A stretch of 64,000 bases of DNA from Octopus bimaculoides (Eukaryota): NCBI RefSeq assembly GCF_001194135.2, contig NC_068984.1, positions 99,095,251 through 99,159,250 of the forward strand, in the 5' to 3' direction. The translations under genes were made by a program, and so were the position numbers. The notes below the pieces were generated by a model. It was not told the DNA's origin, did not search any database, and worked only from the letters and a program-made list of their open reading frames with translations. Positions 22,734 to 35,850 of the stretch are shown here, piece after piece; the stretch's first letter is position 1; the number at the start of each line of letters is the position of its first letter.

Positions 22734-23642
22734 CTAGCTGATGTACCCTGTAATTCCCAGGAAAGCAAGGCTTATCTCTTGGTTCCATTCTCATAATTGT
22801 TTCGCTAACCCAATAATAACAATACAAAGTATATAGCCCATAAAATGGTTTTTATGCATTTACAGGGAATACTGAACTGTCTTACATAGGTTCCTGTTTT
22901 TAGGAATTCCCAATAAGTTATGAATATCCAAATTGTGAAGTCAGTTATGTAATAACATGAAATTAGTTATCCGATAGTAAGAATTCAAATAAAGTAGCCC
23001 CAAAAAGGGCGTTACTGCATTCCCAGAGTATATAGAACATAGGTGGAAATACTAATAAGGTTTGTATTCTAAAATCGTGAAGCATGTTACGTAATAACAG
23101 GCTAATCAGATATGAGATAATAACAATTCTATGTAAATAACTCTAAAAAGAGCTTTTGTGTGATCCCAGAGAATATTACCTTCAGGGGCACTAGTGTTGG
23201 CATATTCGTGAATAAGTCACTAACTGAAATAAGTGGATCTATTGTTTAAGAAAATACTATTTACTTGTTTAAGGGTTGTACTGGATAAATTGCGAAAATA
23301 ACTCTAACAGTTCAAATACTAAGAAATACTCAATTTCCTTTTTACCAAATAATTTAGGAAAATGAATGGGTTATTTCCTTTGGCTATATATAAGTATCCC
23401 TTCCAGGGGTGAATGAGTTATTTCCCTTGGATCTTTAAAATAAAATATATTAGATATATAAGGATCCTTTCCAAGGGCCTTATTACCAATTTTTTCAACA
23501 ATCTGAGTATTCCATGAGGTTTCCAGACATGAGTTCTAGTCACGTGTCAAGTTTCATTAAAATCAATAAAACGATGTAGGAGTTAGCTAACAACTCCACA
23601 AACACACCCACTGCAGAGAGAATTTCCCACATATGTAGTAGA
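22734..23642 (-). mobile_element. Non-autonomous Helitron (about 0.9 kb)
   Basis: Minus strand starts A^TCTACTAC at 23642 and ends CAG-CTAG^T at 22734, with a cctg/cagg hairpin near the 3' end. It carries gtcaagtttcattaaaatcaataaaacgatgtaggagtt...acaaacacac, a motif typical of non-autonomous Helitrons. Confidence 0.7.
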
Positions 23643-23680
23643 TATACTATGTGTGTGTGTTTCGCCTCTACCTGTCACTA

Positions 23681-23713
<33 letters not shown>

Positions 23714-26469
23714 CTTGTTGCTCGTCCTTCGCCTCTCACCGTTACTACTACTATCTCTCTCCCTCTCTACCTCTCGTTGCTCACTTTTATTCTACTTCCT
23801 CCCGTTCTTTTCCCTCTGCTACTCGTTCTCTTTACACAGCCTTGGTCACGTGTGTCCGGCTGCTATTTCTTTTCATTCTTGGACTCCCTAAGCTCGCACG
23901 TACTTCTTTGCCCCTCCTGTTCGTGCTTCACAGCGTTCAATACATACACACTTCACGTCTGGCTGTACAGCCTTTTTGCTTGTTTGTTTATTCACCTGTC
24001 TTGTTTTCCGTCCGCCACTACCCTCCACGAAAATAATNNNNNNNNNNNNNNNNNNNNNNNNNNNNNNNNNNNNNNNNNNNNNNNNNNNNNNNNNNNNNNN
24101 NNNNNNNNNNNNNNNNNNNNNNNNNNNNNNNNNNNNNNNNNNNNNNNNNNNNNNNNNNNNNNNNNNNNNNNNNNNNNNNNNNNNNNNNNNNNNNNNNNNN
24201 NNNNNNNNNNNNNNNNNNNNNNNNNNNNNNNNNNNNNNNNNNNNNNNNNNNNNNNNNNNNNNNNNNNNNNNNNNNNNNNNNNNNNNNNNNNNNNNNNNNN
24301 NNNNNNNNNNNNNNNNNNNNNNNNNNNTATATATTTGATTAAAAAATTCAAAATAGGATAAAAATCTTTTACAAGAATTTTATCAGGAAGCTAGTGTGTA
24401 AAAAAATTCATAAGGGAAATTTCTATTCCCAAGAATATAATTATTCGTTTATATTTATATAAGGGCATTAAATACTTTCACTATTAATACTGTGTATATA
24501 TAACTATACATATTTATATGAAGAGAGAAGATTAATTCCTGTTTATGGCGAAGGCAGGAGTCCAGATGGCCCCTGTGCAAAGACAATCCGAATACTGACA
24601 GGTGTTGTAATGAATGACCGGTAGAGCGGAAATGGCATGAGACCGGGGTGTCATTACCAAGTCTAATGTCTCAGAGGTGCTCTGTGAACTGGTCAGTCAA
24701 GCAATCTAGGTGCAATCCCATGGTCACTGATGACTGAAAGGGGTCTTTTTTTCTTCCTCTGAAATATGCAGTGTAATCTTGTCAGTGACCAGGTTACAGT
24801 TCATGCAATGAAAATGTTGGTACTATGTAACAAATAAATTTTAACGAAGTCAAGGCTCTGTGTGTTTTTAAATGGCACACACATGTCTTCCACGCAGCGA
24901 TCACATTAGTTTTAATAGTCTCAGATCATTTTCACCTGCCTGGTGAGTATACCAGCAAAATAATATATGTTTACCTCATAATAATTTAGAAATTTTCAGG
25001 GAATGGAAAATTATTCATTTTTAACTGTTGATAAAGCAACAAAATGTCCAACTTTTTTCTACTAAAAGCCAAATATTTACACACTATTATTTATAACAAG
25101 CTACTTCAAGTATTTATAACTAGCTACTTCAACCATAAAAAACAATATATCTACTGTATACACACACATGCACACATAAATAATATGGATGGTTTATTTG
25201 CAATTTAACAACCTAAAGGCAAATTTATAGGCGTCACTAAAGTGATAGAGGGTACTAGGTGGTACTGGTATTGCTAGAAATAAGAGTCAGACTGATTTAC
25301 TAGCCACAAGTGCACTGTCTTAATGACTGACAAGGGAGATAAGCTCCTTTTGCGGACATAGCCAGATCACCGGCAATATAACCATATAATAAAAATGGAT
25401 GTGTGTGTGTCTGTCTGTTTGTCCGCCTATAAGAAGAAGAACAGCGGCATGGATATAAAAATGAAAAGCTAATTCTTATGTAAAATTTCATGGCAAAGAC
25501 AATGGAAGTGGTCCTGAGTCTCTAGCGGCCCTCCAAAGGAGCTACTAGCCCTTTTCCAACATGTGCAAAATCACATTTCAGAGTAAATAAAGGATCTAAG
25601 GGATATAATTCTTAGCGGATAAACATACCACTTTTTTCTTATCGGTTTCAGCTCAAAGCTCCAGCCATGCTGGGACACCACCGTTTTGCTACACTGATAT
25701 CAGAGCCTTCTCTGATATATGGATGAATAAAGGAGTTTGATGTCACTGCTCTCATTTGGGCCTCCTTGATAACCTGCCTAAGGGACATAATTGTTATAGA
25801 ATTATTATATTTCTTCATTTTATTTCAAAATACGGTGGGGCACTCTTCTGTAGATATGCCATATGTGTAATATAACAACACAGATAATAATGTGTGTGTG
25901 TTTGTGTAGGTTACCATGTCTCTCTCTAGGTAACCATCTCTTTCTAAGTAACCATGTCCCTCCACTCTCTCTAGGTAATCATGTCCCTCCTCTTCAGCAG
26001 CACACCTATTTCTGATCTTATTCTTGTTAACTCTCACTCTCTCAACTGCTCTTTCTCTTCCTCACTCTCTCACTCTCTCTGGCTAGGTAACCATGGACCG
26101 CCTCTGCAGCAAGACATCTGTTTTTGCCTCTCCGTCACACATTAATCTTGTGTGTTTGTGTGTGTGTAAGTGTGTGTGAGTGTGTGTGTGTGTGTGAATA
26201 TGTTTGTGCCTCTGTGTCTGACATGATAGCTGTAAATGCTTTTCACTGATGTACAGTGTCATTCATTTCTTTTATTCTACAAGAATATGTCTGATGATGG
26301 GGAGATATTACCTTGCTTGGAAACAGATGAAGATTAGGAACAAGAAGAGCATCCAAGCATTGAAAATCTGACTCAATAAACACCACCTAATACAAACATG
26401 GAAAAGTAGCCATGAAAATGATAATGGTGATAAATGGTGATATATTTATATATATATGTATATAAATGT

Positions 26470-26800
26470 GTGTGTGTATTGGCTGTCTAGTAAAAAGCTT
26501 GCTGTTTTAGCTACATGTTTCCACTGCATGGCACCTTGGACAAAAGTCTTCTGCTACAATCTCAGGCTGACTAAAACCTCACAAGTAGATTTGGTAGATG
26601 GGACCTAAAAACCTGTTGTGTGTGTGTGTGTTTGTGTGTGTTCAAGGTATATAAGCAATACTGAACACACATATACAAGGTGTATGTTAAGAAGTTTGCT
26701 TCCTAACCACATGGTTCCAGGTTCAGTCCCACTGCATGACACCTTGAGCAAGTGTCTTCTATTATAGTCTTGGGCTGACCAATGCCTTGTAAGTGGATTT
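26470..26800 (+). mobile_element. Two decayed copies of the (GT)n-tailed tRNA SINE
   Basis: aagtttgcttcctaaccacatggttccaggttcagtcccactgcatgacaccttgagcaagtgtcttctattatag is the reverse complement of 10870-11012. A second copy lies at 26470-26620. Confidence 0.7.
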
Positions 26801-26999
26801 TTATGCAGCCAAGTGTGTTGCACTTTTGGTATGGAATCTATCTCTATTAACATAACTGCACCATCTTGCATACTGGTTAGATCTTTAAACAAATAAATCT
26901 TCTGATACCTTTTATTGTAGATCCCTTAGGTTTTCCAAAGATGTTTTGCAAACATGCACATGCAAGTGCTACCGGTTGAGAAGTCTGCATACCAGAAGC

Positions 27000-28320
27000 C
27001 AGCAAGTGTATGGGGTCATCAGGAGAGAATGCATACCATTTCGGGGCCTACCTCTCGATGGCACCAATACACACTGGATCCCCTCACTGATATGAGGCCC
27101 TGCTTGCTAGATCAATTGGTCATCAAATAAAGCTCAATATTCTTCTAGTCATCGCTCATCGTCTCTTTTTAACCAAATCCAGTGGCTAGCCTTTTCCACT
27201 GTAGTTTGGATATCAGTCATGGTGGTATTTACTTTACGATGAGTTAGGCCTAACGATAACAAGTCATCTCACACTGTGTCCAACAAAGCCTATACATCTG
27301 ACTTCAACTAGGAAATGCTCCACTTTCCAGCCTGCATCTTCACATTCCTTGCCCATGTTATCTTCATGAGGAACCATTAACTCAACTAGATTCACAACTT
27401 TCTTTCTTTCACACCACATTAAAATGTCCGGTATTTTCTTGCCTGGCACCCTGGTAAATCTGCACTAACCTCCCAATAGCCATTCCACTTTTCATCACTC
27501 GCAGGAAGTTTGTTGTTCTTCTTGAAATGGATCCGCTGTCCTGAACGCATGAAGGTAATAAAATCTCTAGTTGGTACTTTCGACGGTTTTTTTTCACTGT
27601 TGTTGAGATCAGTTTGGCTCTTTATAGCATTGAAGATAACCTTAAGGACCAGTTTGTGTCTCCATGCATACCTATTCAATGCTAGTAAACAGTTGGAAAG
27701 AATACGTTTCAGTGTTCTGACCTTTCTGCATTTGCATATGTCATGCTCTGAGACGTTCCATCTTATTAGATTTGCAGGTGAAGGCAAAACATCATAGGAT
27801 GAACCAATCAGAAAACTTAGCTGAGATATGGTCCACCTTCATATCTCATCCCAACTTATTTTCCTCTCAACAATATGTTCCTCCCATCTTGTCATCTGTC
27901 CTTGTTGAATATGTTGGATCAAATGAAGCTCTCTTCTCTCTGCTTCCCTCGTTTTGACACTGTTGCTAACAACAGATCTGTGTTTGCACCATATCATACT
28001 TGCAAATGGTCTGAACTGATCTGCACCAAAACCAAGTCCCTTCCAATGAATCTGCATTGCACCCACCATATCTCAGTGTGTAAGAGAAGACAGGATGTTA
28101 TCAGTCTCTGTTTCTGCTTTCCACTTCTTGGCTGTTTTTACATCTGGTAGATTTCATCTGATTTCCATGTCCTTTGACTCTCTCAATGTCATCACCATTC
28201 GTACCTTCCCCAGTTTGTATACTATTGACGCCAGTGGTAACTGCCACGAGCCTCTTTTACGATAAAGAGCTGAACTGTTCAATATCCGAGGTAGGCCTAG
28301 CCACTTTCTGATGACACATT
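27000..28320 (-). mobile_element. Hero-like non-LTR retrotransposon 3' part (REL endonuclease), decayed
   Basis: Translations: IRKWLGLPR...LPLASI, KKWKAE...DMVGAMQ...GLGFG, QQGQMTRWE...ISW, MPSPANLIRW...CKC..TLKRILSNC...RYAWRH, IPDILMW...VELMVPHE, VEVRCIGFVG and VEKASHWIWLKR*. Confidence 0.8.
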
Positions 28321-28817
28321 ACATTTTTGTGCAATGATTTCAACTTGTGACAATGCTACCTTGTATATTGATGTGTGTGATGCAAGTTCTGACTAAAATA
28401 ACACTATATCTATCACTTATATTTGTTTTGGTAGACCTTTAAGTTTTTATTTTCTTACTTGTTTCAGACATTGAACCATGGCCATACCAGAGTAAGACAT
28501 CGAAGTGTTTAGTTGCACAAATTGACTCCAATATGTATTTTTAAAGTGTGATACTTAGTTTATCAGGTTCTTTTGCTAAACTTTTAACTTACAAAGATGT
28601 AAGCAAACAAGCACCAGTTGTCAAGCACTAGGATGACAAACACAATGATACCCACCCAGACATGTACATGCACATGCACAGAGACACAGACGCACACACA
28701 CACACACGCATGCACACACACATACACACACACATACGCACAAACACACACACATGATGGGCTTTCACTCAGTTTCTACTAACCAAATCCACTAACACTA
28801 ATATTATCTTTCTTGAA

Positions 28818-29030
28818 AAGGCAGTGAGCTGGCAGAATTGTTAGCATGCTGAGGAAAATGCTTAGAGGTATTTCGTCCATTTTTACAGCTAGTGTTCAAA
28901 TTCCAACAAGGTCAACTTTGCCTCTTGTCCTTTAGGGGTCGATAAAATGAGTACCAGTGAAACACTGGGGTTAATGTAATCAACTTACACCCTCCCCAAA
29001 ATTTCTGGCCTTGTGCCAAAATTTGAAACC
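28818..29030 (+). mobile_element. tRNA-derived SINE with Deu/Nin-like central domain
   Basis: ggcagtgagctggcagaattgttagc...gttcaaattcc...aggtcaactttgcctcttgtcctttaggggtcgataaaatgagtacca resembles the recalled Deu/Nin domain core (gcctttcatccttccgaggtcgataaaatgagtacca). Confidence 0.7.
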
Positions 29031-29448
29031 AATTGTAATATATCTAATTATACTGGGTGATTGCAAGAAAGTTTGAATGTTTGGTTTCAGAAGATAGCAT
29101 TAAGTTGATCGGTCGGCTATTCCTGTTTTAGATTTTATTCTAGTACCTGCAGTTAATGATATGGTGTTTGGTGTCTGTCTCTTGCAGATATTTATTATTG
29201 TCTTTCTCTTATTTAACCACTTTGGTCCAGGCAGGTATTTATATACAATTAGTAGCTATGCATTTAGTTACCTCCACTTAAAAGAAGTATTGAATATTTT
29301 ACTAGCTTGTAAAATGTTTGTTCATTCATACAAGTACGCAAAATATACATACACACTCACATAATGAAATACATACATATATATGTGTGTATATGTATAT
29401 GTATAATTCAATAATAGGATAAAGTCTTTGTAAGAATTTATCAAGTAG

Positions 29449-29790
<342 letters not shown>

Positions 29791-30499
29791 ACTTATGAGT
29801 TATATATTCTTGAAGTAGCATACATAATTATTATTAGATAGAAATCATGGTAAAGGGCAAGAAAAATTGAAGATAACAACATCTGCAGCTAATAGATGGG
29901 CCTGAGGTGACATCCTATGAAACATATATAAACCGTTCAACAATATCAGCAAAGACACATGCATCAAGTTAGATTAAAATGCCTTCTTTTCATTATATCA
30001 GCATTAATGTTTACAGAGTAATATATCATATTAGATATTTTATCAATGCTTGAAATTAACTTTCCAGTAACTTTGATAGGGTTTCTTTTCTTTTAGCGTT
30101 ATTATGTTTTAAATTATATACATGAATTTAATGATATATTTGTCAGGATTTAATATAGTTTAAAGAGTATAATGGACTCTTGAAATCTTATTATGTGAGG
30201 TTATTTGCTAAAGGAGTACAAAGCAATCCTATAAGGAATGGTAGTAATTACTGTCAAATTTGATCTAGTGAACCTCAAAGATAATCATAAATAAATAGGC
30301 AATTATTCCAAGTAATTTGATCTTTTTGGCAAAAAGAAATTTTCATGCTTTAAATTTATTACTTTATATTTATTTATTTATTTATTTATTTTTGTATTTA
30401 TTTATTTATTCAGAGTAATTTCAGAGAAGGAGATTTATTCTTAAGGACTTGTTTGTGAAGGGATTCGATTGTTCCTGTTAGCATTTTTGAATTATTCAT

Positions 30500-30614
30500 G
30501 CTGCTGCTGCTGCTGTTGCTCCACCGCCTCCTCCTCCTCCTCCTACTACTACTGCTGCTGCTGCTGCTGCTACTACGACTACTACTACTACTACTACTGC
30601 TACTACTGGTGTTT

Positions 30615-30661
<47 letters not shown>

Positions 30662-30682
30662 GGTGGCGGCGGCGGCGGCGGC

Positions 30683-30713
<31 letters not shown>

Positions 30714-30716
30714 TTA
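30500..30716. repeat. Compound trinucleotide array (CTG/CTC/CTA then GTG/TAG/GCG)
   Basis: Read directly from the sequence. Confidence 0.95.
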
Positions 30717-30754
30717 ATTTCTAACATATGATCAAGGCCATAAAATGTGGGGAG

Positions 30755-30900
30755 GAGGTGTACTTTATTTTATTGAATTTAGAGGAACAAAAGGTAAATT
30801 TTGACCCTTGCTGGATTAGAACTCAGTTTGTCAAAAGCCAAAAGAAACACTACAAACCATTTTAATCGATACTGTAATGATTCTGCTAACCCACCACTCT
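30755..30900 (-). mobile_element. Deu/Nin-like SINE remnant
   Basis: tactttattttattgaatttagaggaacaaaaggtaaattttgacc...gaactcag is the reverse complement of the 28818 body. Confidence 0.55.
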
Positions 30901-30984
30901 TAATAATAACAATAATAACGATCTTTTCTACTAAAGGCATAAGGCCTGAAATTTGGTGGGAGGGGACTAGAGGAATGATGCAGG

Positions 30985-32140
30985 TAGAACTGTGCTATAA
31001 GACATACACAATAGCAATGAACAAGTACTTATCCAGGAGACTGGATGCTGCGGCTTGTGTGCAAACATGAAAGCAACAAAAAAATCACATTCTATTGTCA
31101 AGGAAGCTTGCGAATTCACAAGGGAACTTGGCATTAACCCTGAATAAGATGAAGAACCTGAAACCACTACCACAGTTAAAGCAAAATGGATCAAACAGAC
31201 TGCACAAAAAAAATGGGCAGAAACAAATTGAGGTGTGGTGGGGCCAGAAGCCTTTGCATGGACAGTATATACATCAAAGTCAAAACGCTGATATAGATCT
31301 AGCAACAAGCCATCAGTGGCTGAGAAACTCAGGACTGAAAGCAGAGATTGAAGGTTTCATATTGGCAGCACAAGATCAAAACTTGCTTACCAAATACTAC
31401 CGGGCAAATGTTCTTCAAAACAGTTCTGACCCTAAATGCAGATTCTATAATAAATTTGATGAAACAATAGACCATCTCATTTCGGGATATCCTGTACTGA
31501 CACCAAAAGAATATAAAAATCGTCACAATAGGGTAGGACAGTATTTACATTGGAAAATGTGTAAACACTACAAAATTAGTACTCCTGCTTACTGGTATGA
31601 ATATCGCCCTGAGCCAGTCGTTGAAGATGAAAATCTCACTATCCTCTGAGATTCTTCAGTCAACACTGACAAACAATCCAGGCAAATCAACCAGACATAG
31701 TCATTTAAGACAGAAGACAATGCTTGTAGACTAATAGATGTAAGTGTTTCCATTGATAAAAATATATCTGTAAAGGAATTTGACAAATTAAGTAAATATA
31801 AGGACCTGGAAATTGAAATACAAAAGATGTGGCATCTTAAAGCGAGAATTGTCCTTGTTATTGTGGGTGCCCTAGGTATGATAAGAAAGAGATGTCAGAA
31901 ACATCTAGATAATATCCTAGGAGAACCATTGTGCTGAAAAGTACTGCTCAGATCCTTAGAAAAACCCTATCAATTTAAAAGTATGTGTTGTATTACATGA
32001 AGATATTTCACTACTGCCCCTGCCACTTGCCCTCCGAAAGCTTTCCATCATAGTGTAACGTCTCTTATCCTTCACTGACCCTAGGATGCTGGGTATGTCT
32101 CAGCGAGTGATTGTAACAAACATGCAGATTAAAGGTATAC
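30985..32140 (+). mobile_element. 5'-truncated R4/Dong-like LINE (zinc knuckle plus PD-(D/E)xK REL endonuclease) followed by (AAT)n
   Basis: Translations: KPLHGQY...LKAEIEGFILAAQDQ...CRFYNKFDETIDHLISG...EYKNRHN, LIDVSV...KLSKYKDLEIEIQKMW...IVGALG. (AAT)n array at 32141-32193. Confidence 0.88.
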
Positions 32141-32194
<54 letters not shown>

Positions 32195-32195
<1 letters not shown>

Positions 32196-32660
32196 GAGCT
32201 ACAGCAAATATTCTGCTCAATACCACAGATTTGCTTGTCAGTTGCTTGGCCTTAACCAGTTGAGCATGTCCCTTGATGGCTGATGATATGTGCATCTCTG
32301 ATCATGAGCAGAAGTAGTGGGGGAGCATCATAGCCATGTGTTGAGAGGAATTCTTTGGAGTTTGAATAATTCACCTCTGGAAACATGGGTGTTTTGTTCA
32401 ACATCCTTAAACAGCCCTTATTCAGGGACCTTTTGAGCAGAATGGGCTACTTGACCTCAAGAAAATTCAAACTGGGCCCCATCTGCAAGGTCATGCGCTG
32501 TTTATCTTGATATAAGAACACCACCATGTTGTAGACATATGGTTGTGATGCATGTGCCTGGTGTACTCTTATCAGACATGATGGGTATACTGAGCTTCAT
32601 ATATTTTACCCCAGTTTCACTTTGATGGCATTCACTGCTGTCTCACTCAGTAATAATAAT
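32195..32660 (+). repeat. Interspersed repeat with (TAA)n tail; second copy at 53150-53415 in reverse orientation
   Basis: ctgggccccatctgcaaggtcatgc...ttcatatattttaccccagtttcactttgatggcat aligns with the reverse complement of 53150-53415. Confidence 0.75.
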
Positions 32661-32855
32661 AATGCTTATTGAGAAGAGCATGGTCACTGAGAATGATTAC
32701 AATCTGTTTACATTAAATTTTCTACATAACTTTATTTAATTTTGTAAATGAACAATCTGATGTGTTTATTTTAATGACCTCTCAGTGAGCTTCTTTCCTC
32801 TAAGTGTTGGGAAGATACTTGGCAAAAATGGAAGCAAAATTGGAAGAAAGAATAC

Positions 32856-32888
<33 letters not shown>

Positions 32889-32949
32889 CAACGATGAAAA
32901 TGACAATGACATATTGTTTACTTCAAAACCAATAAATATTAGGTTGACA

Positions 32950-35850
32950 TCTGGTGGGTTTTAGCCAAGTCTCATGACCAGGAAAGGTTCTTTGGCCTTG
33001 GTTGGTAGCCCTGTTAGTGATGGAGTTATGAAAAATTACTTGTGGGGAGAAAAAAACCTTCACAGACTTAATTTCATTAATGAAATGGTACAAAATAAGG
33101 ATTTAAACTATGCCATAAATGTGACTGGAACCTCAGATGAAGATGCTTTGCCCAACAGATGCCCCACTGTACAGTAGGGTGGGTCCAATAATAATCCAGC
33201 AACTGGTAGCCTTGAAAGGTGGTAGAAGTGAAGCAAACAAGCAAACACTGTTATCTTTGAATGCTACTATTAGAGTAACCCAATAAATGGAAACGAAGTT
33301 CCAATCAGGGACGATTGACAGACAAGGTATAGTGAATGGAAAAGGAGGATTTGTGACCAGGCAAGAGCAATTCAAAAGAATGGGTGGTTGTCTGAGCTTG
33401 AACATGAAGCTATCAAAAGACAAATTAGTGAAAGCGACAAGCATGATGCAAGTGAGGAAGATGAGGAATAGGAGAATAAAGTAATCATAGCAGAGTAGGC
33501 TGATTGTTCAAAGTAACAGACAGACCTAAAATGGTAACATTAACATTCAGATGTTATTAATGTAGCATTTGATTAACAGAATATAAACACAAGCGGAGTG
33601 CTGACAGAGGATGATCAAATAATACTTAATAGGTTATTCCAAATTGATCAGAGGAAATTTTATCAAAAAATAAGCACGGTAAGCTCACATTAAAGAGTAA
33701 TATCAGAAGCAGAAGAAAGTTGTCTATTCCGGACTGAAATATGGAGTAAGGAAGAGCAGCATAAAGCTGAGGCTGAATTGATACAAAATTTGAAGGAGTC
33801 AGTTTCTCATTCACAACAAGAAGAAATGAAAATTGTGAAAGAAAATATGTGACAACGTAGGAAGATGAGTAATTGGAAAGCAACTTGACCTGATGGTGTT
33901 CAGGGATATTGGATAAAGACACTGACAAGGTGACATGAAAGAATAGCGGAACAGCTTTAAGTTCTAATCAACAAAAATGAAGAGGTTCTTGAGTGGATAA
34001 CAAATGGACAAACAGAAATGTATTTGAAGGATGCTTCAGAAAGGAACGTTGTGGGTAATTACAGACCCATATCATGTCTGTCAATGATGTGGAAGCTGTT
34101 CACTTGAATAATTGGTGATGAAATGTATGCATTTCTTGATGATAACGAAATTTTACCTGTTGAGTAGAAGGGTTGTGAATGGAATTATAGAACTAAACAG
34201 TGGCTACTCACAAATAAATTGGAGATGAAAGATTGTAAGAGTGTTAATGAAAGAAGTCAAATTTAGCAATGGCCTGGATAGAATGTTGCAATGACATTAT
34301 ACCACATGTGTAGATCATTGAATGTTTGAACATGTTTGAGGTCACAAAGAATGTCAAAACGTTTTTGAGAAAAGGCATGGTGAGTTTGAAGATTGAGCTC
34401 CCATAAAAAATCAGGAGGGGGATTTTACAAAGAGACACTGTATCTCCTTTACTATTACTTGTATGCATGACTCCTTTAATATAGCTTCTGAGAAAACTAA
34501 CATCTGGATATGAGTTTAAAAGAAAACAACACAAATTCAACTGTGTATTATTTATAGATAGTCTGAAGTTATATGGTAAGTACAAAGCACAATTCAGCTC
34601 TTTAGCAAGGATATTGAAGTGAAATTTGGTCTCAAAAATGTGGAATAGTATTCTTGACAAGAAGGAGTTAACAGACTTGAAGGTAAAAACTACTATCCAG
34701 GGAAATCATGAATGAAATAATGGAAGAAGGAATGAATAAAAGCTTTACACAAGAGTATCTCTGAAGACTTAGACTGGTATTGCGGTCAAAACTGAATGCA
34801 AGAAAGAAATTTCAAACAATCAATACATGGAGAATTGCATTACTGAGGTATAATAAAGTATTATCAATGAGAGGAAAGAGGCATTACAGGAACTTGACTA
34901 AAAATCGAGGAAACCACCCACATCAAGAGCAATATTAATAGGCTATACCTAACCAGACACAAAGGATGGGGGNNNNNNNNNNCAGGGCTAACCAGCTGTG
35001 AAAGTTGTAACTGTTCAGAAGGAAATAGATCAGGGTGGTATATCAAGAATATTATAGAATACTTGCTGATTCAGGCGAGGATATCAGGCATAATCAGGAC
35101 ATATACTTGCACAGAGACAAACAATAAATAAAAAATGAATTAGGAAGATGAAAGAAAATATAATGGAAAAAAGGTGTATGGGCAGTTTGCAAAGGAGGTG
35201 AGCAGGAATATAGACACCAATGGAAAGTGGCACTGACTAAGGAAGAGTGACTTGAAACCAGACAGAAGTGCTTATCAATGTTATGCAGGAACAAACACTT
35301 CACACAAATTAATCCAAATGCAGAATTAATACAGCAGAAAGTGACAAGTACAGGTTATGCAGTGATGAAGGTGAGACTATAGCAAGTTGTGGATGAATGC
35401 ATGAAGCTAGCCCCACCAAAAAGATATAAAAGAAGTCTGGAAAATGTTGCAAGAATTATTCACTGGGAGATGTATGGCAAATATGGCTTGGATAGAGCAA
35501 AGATATGGTATGGGCAAACCTCAGAAGAAGTAATTGAGAATAAAAAGGTGGAGATACTGTTGGATGTAATACTTCAAAGTGATCATGAAATTGAATATCA
35601 AAAGCCAGATATAGGTTGTGAATAAAGAAGGAAAAAATCTCTGTTTAGACATAGATATTGCATGCTCTGGTGATGACAGAGTATCAGAAAGAGAAGAGAA
35701 ACAGGACAGATATGATGGTTTGCCGTGAGAAATAAGAAAGAGTGTGTTCATTGAAAAAGGTGAGTGTTGTATCTGTTGTTGTTGCAGGGTAAATGTGAAG
35801 ATAGAGCATCTACAGAAGACAATGTTTCTTGAAACTACATGAATCCCTTA
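32950..35850 (+). pseudogene. Near full-length, heavily decayed R4/Dong-like LINE (RT plus REL)
   Basis: Decayed motifs: DQARAIQKNGWLSELE, NYRPISCL, AWI...IPH, RGILQRDTVSPLL (RGIxQGDxLSPLL), LFIDSLKLYG (LFMDDLKLY), RIIHWEMYGKYG and DIVILQSDHEIEYQKPDI. Confidence 0.8.

Noticed and set aside
24700-24750. CTGATGA...GAAA in a repeat tail
   Set aside because: Only 2 nt between the motifs and no stems. It is a variant of the SINE tail hairpin seen at 5992-6030.
29885-29935. GAAACATAT preceded by a hairpin, resembling the 18001 ribozyme
   Set aside because: No recognisable CUGANGA core or NUH/stem I.
30410-30731. Poly-T/A/S/R and poly-L/V ORFs (also at 47080-47460, 50081-50737 and 62259-62688)
   Set aside because: Trinucleotide arrays with no splice or homology support.
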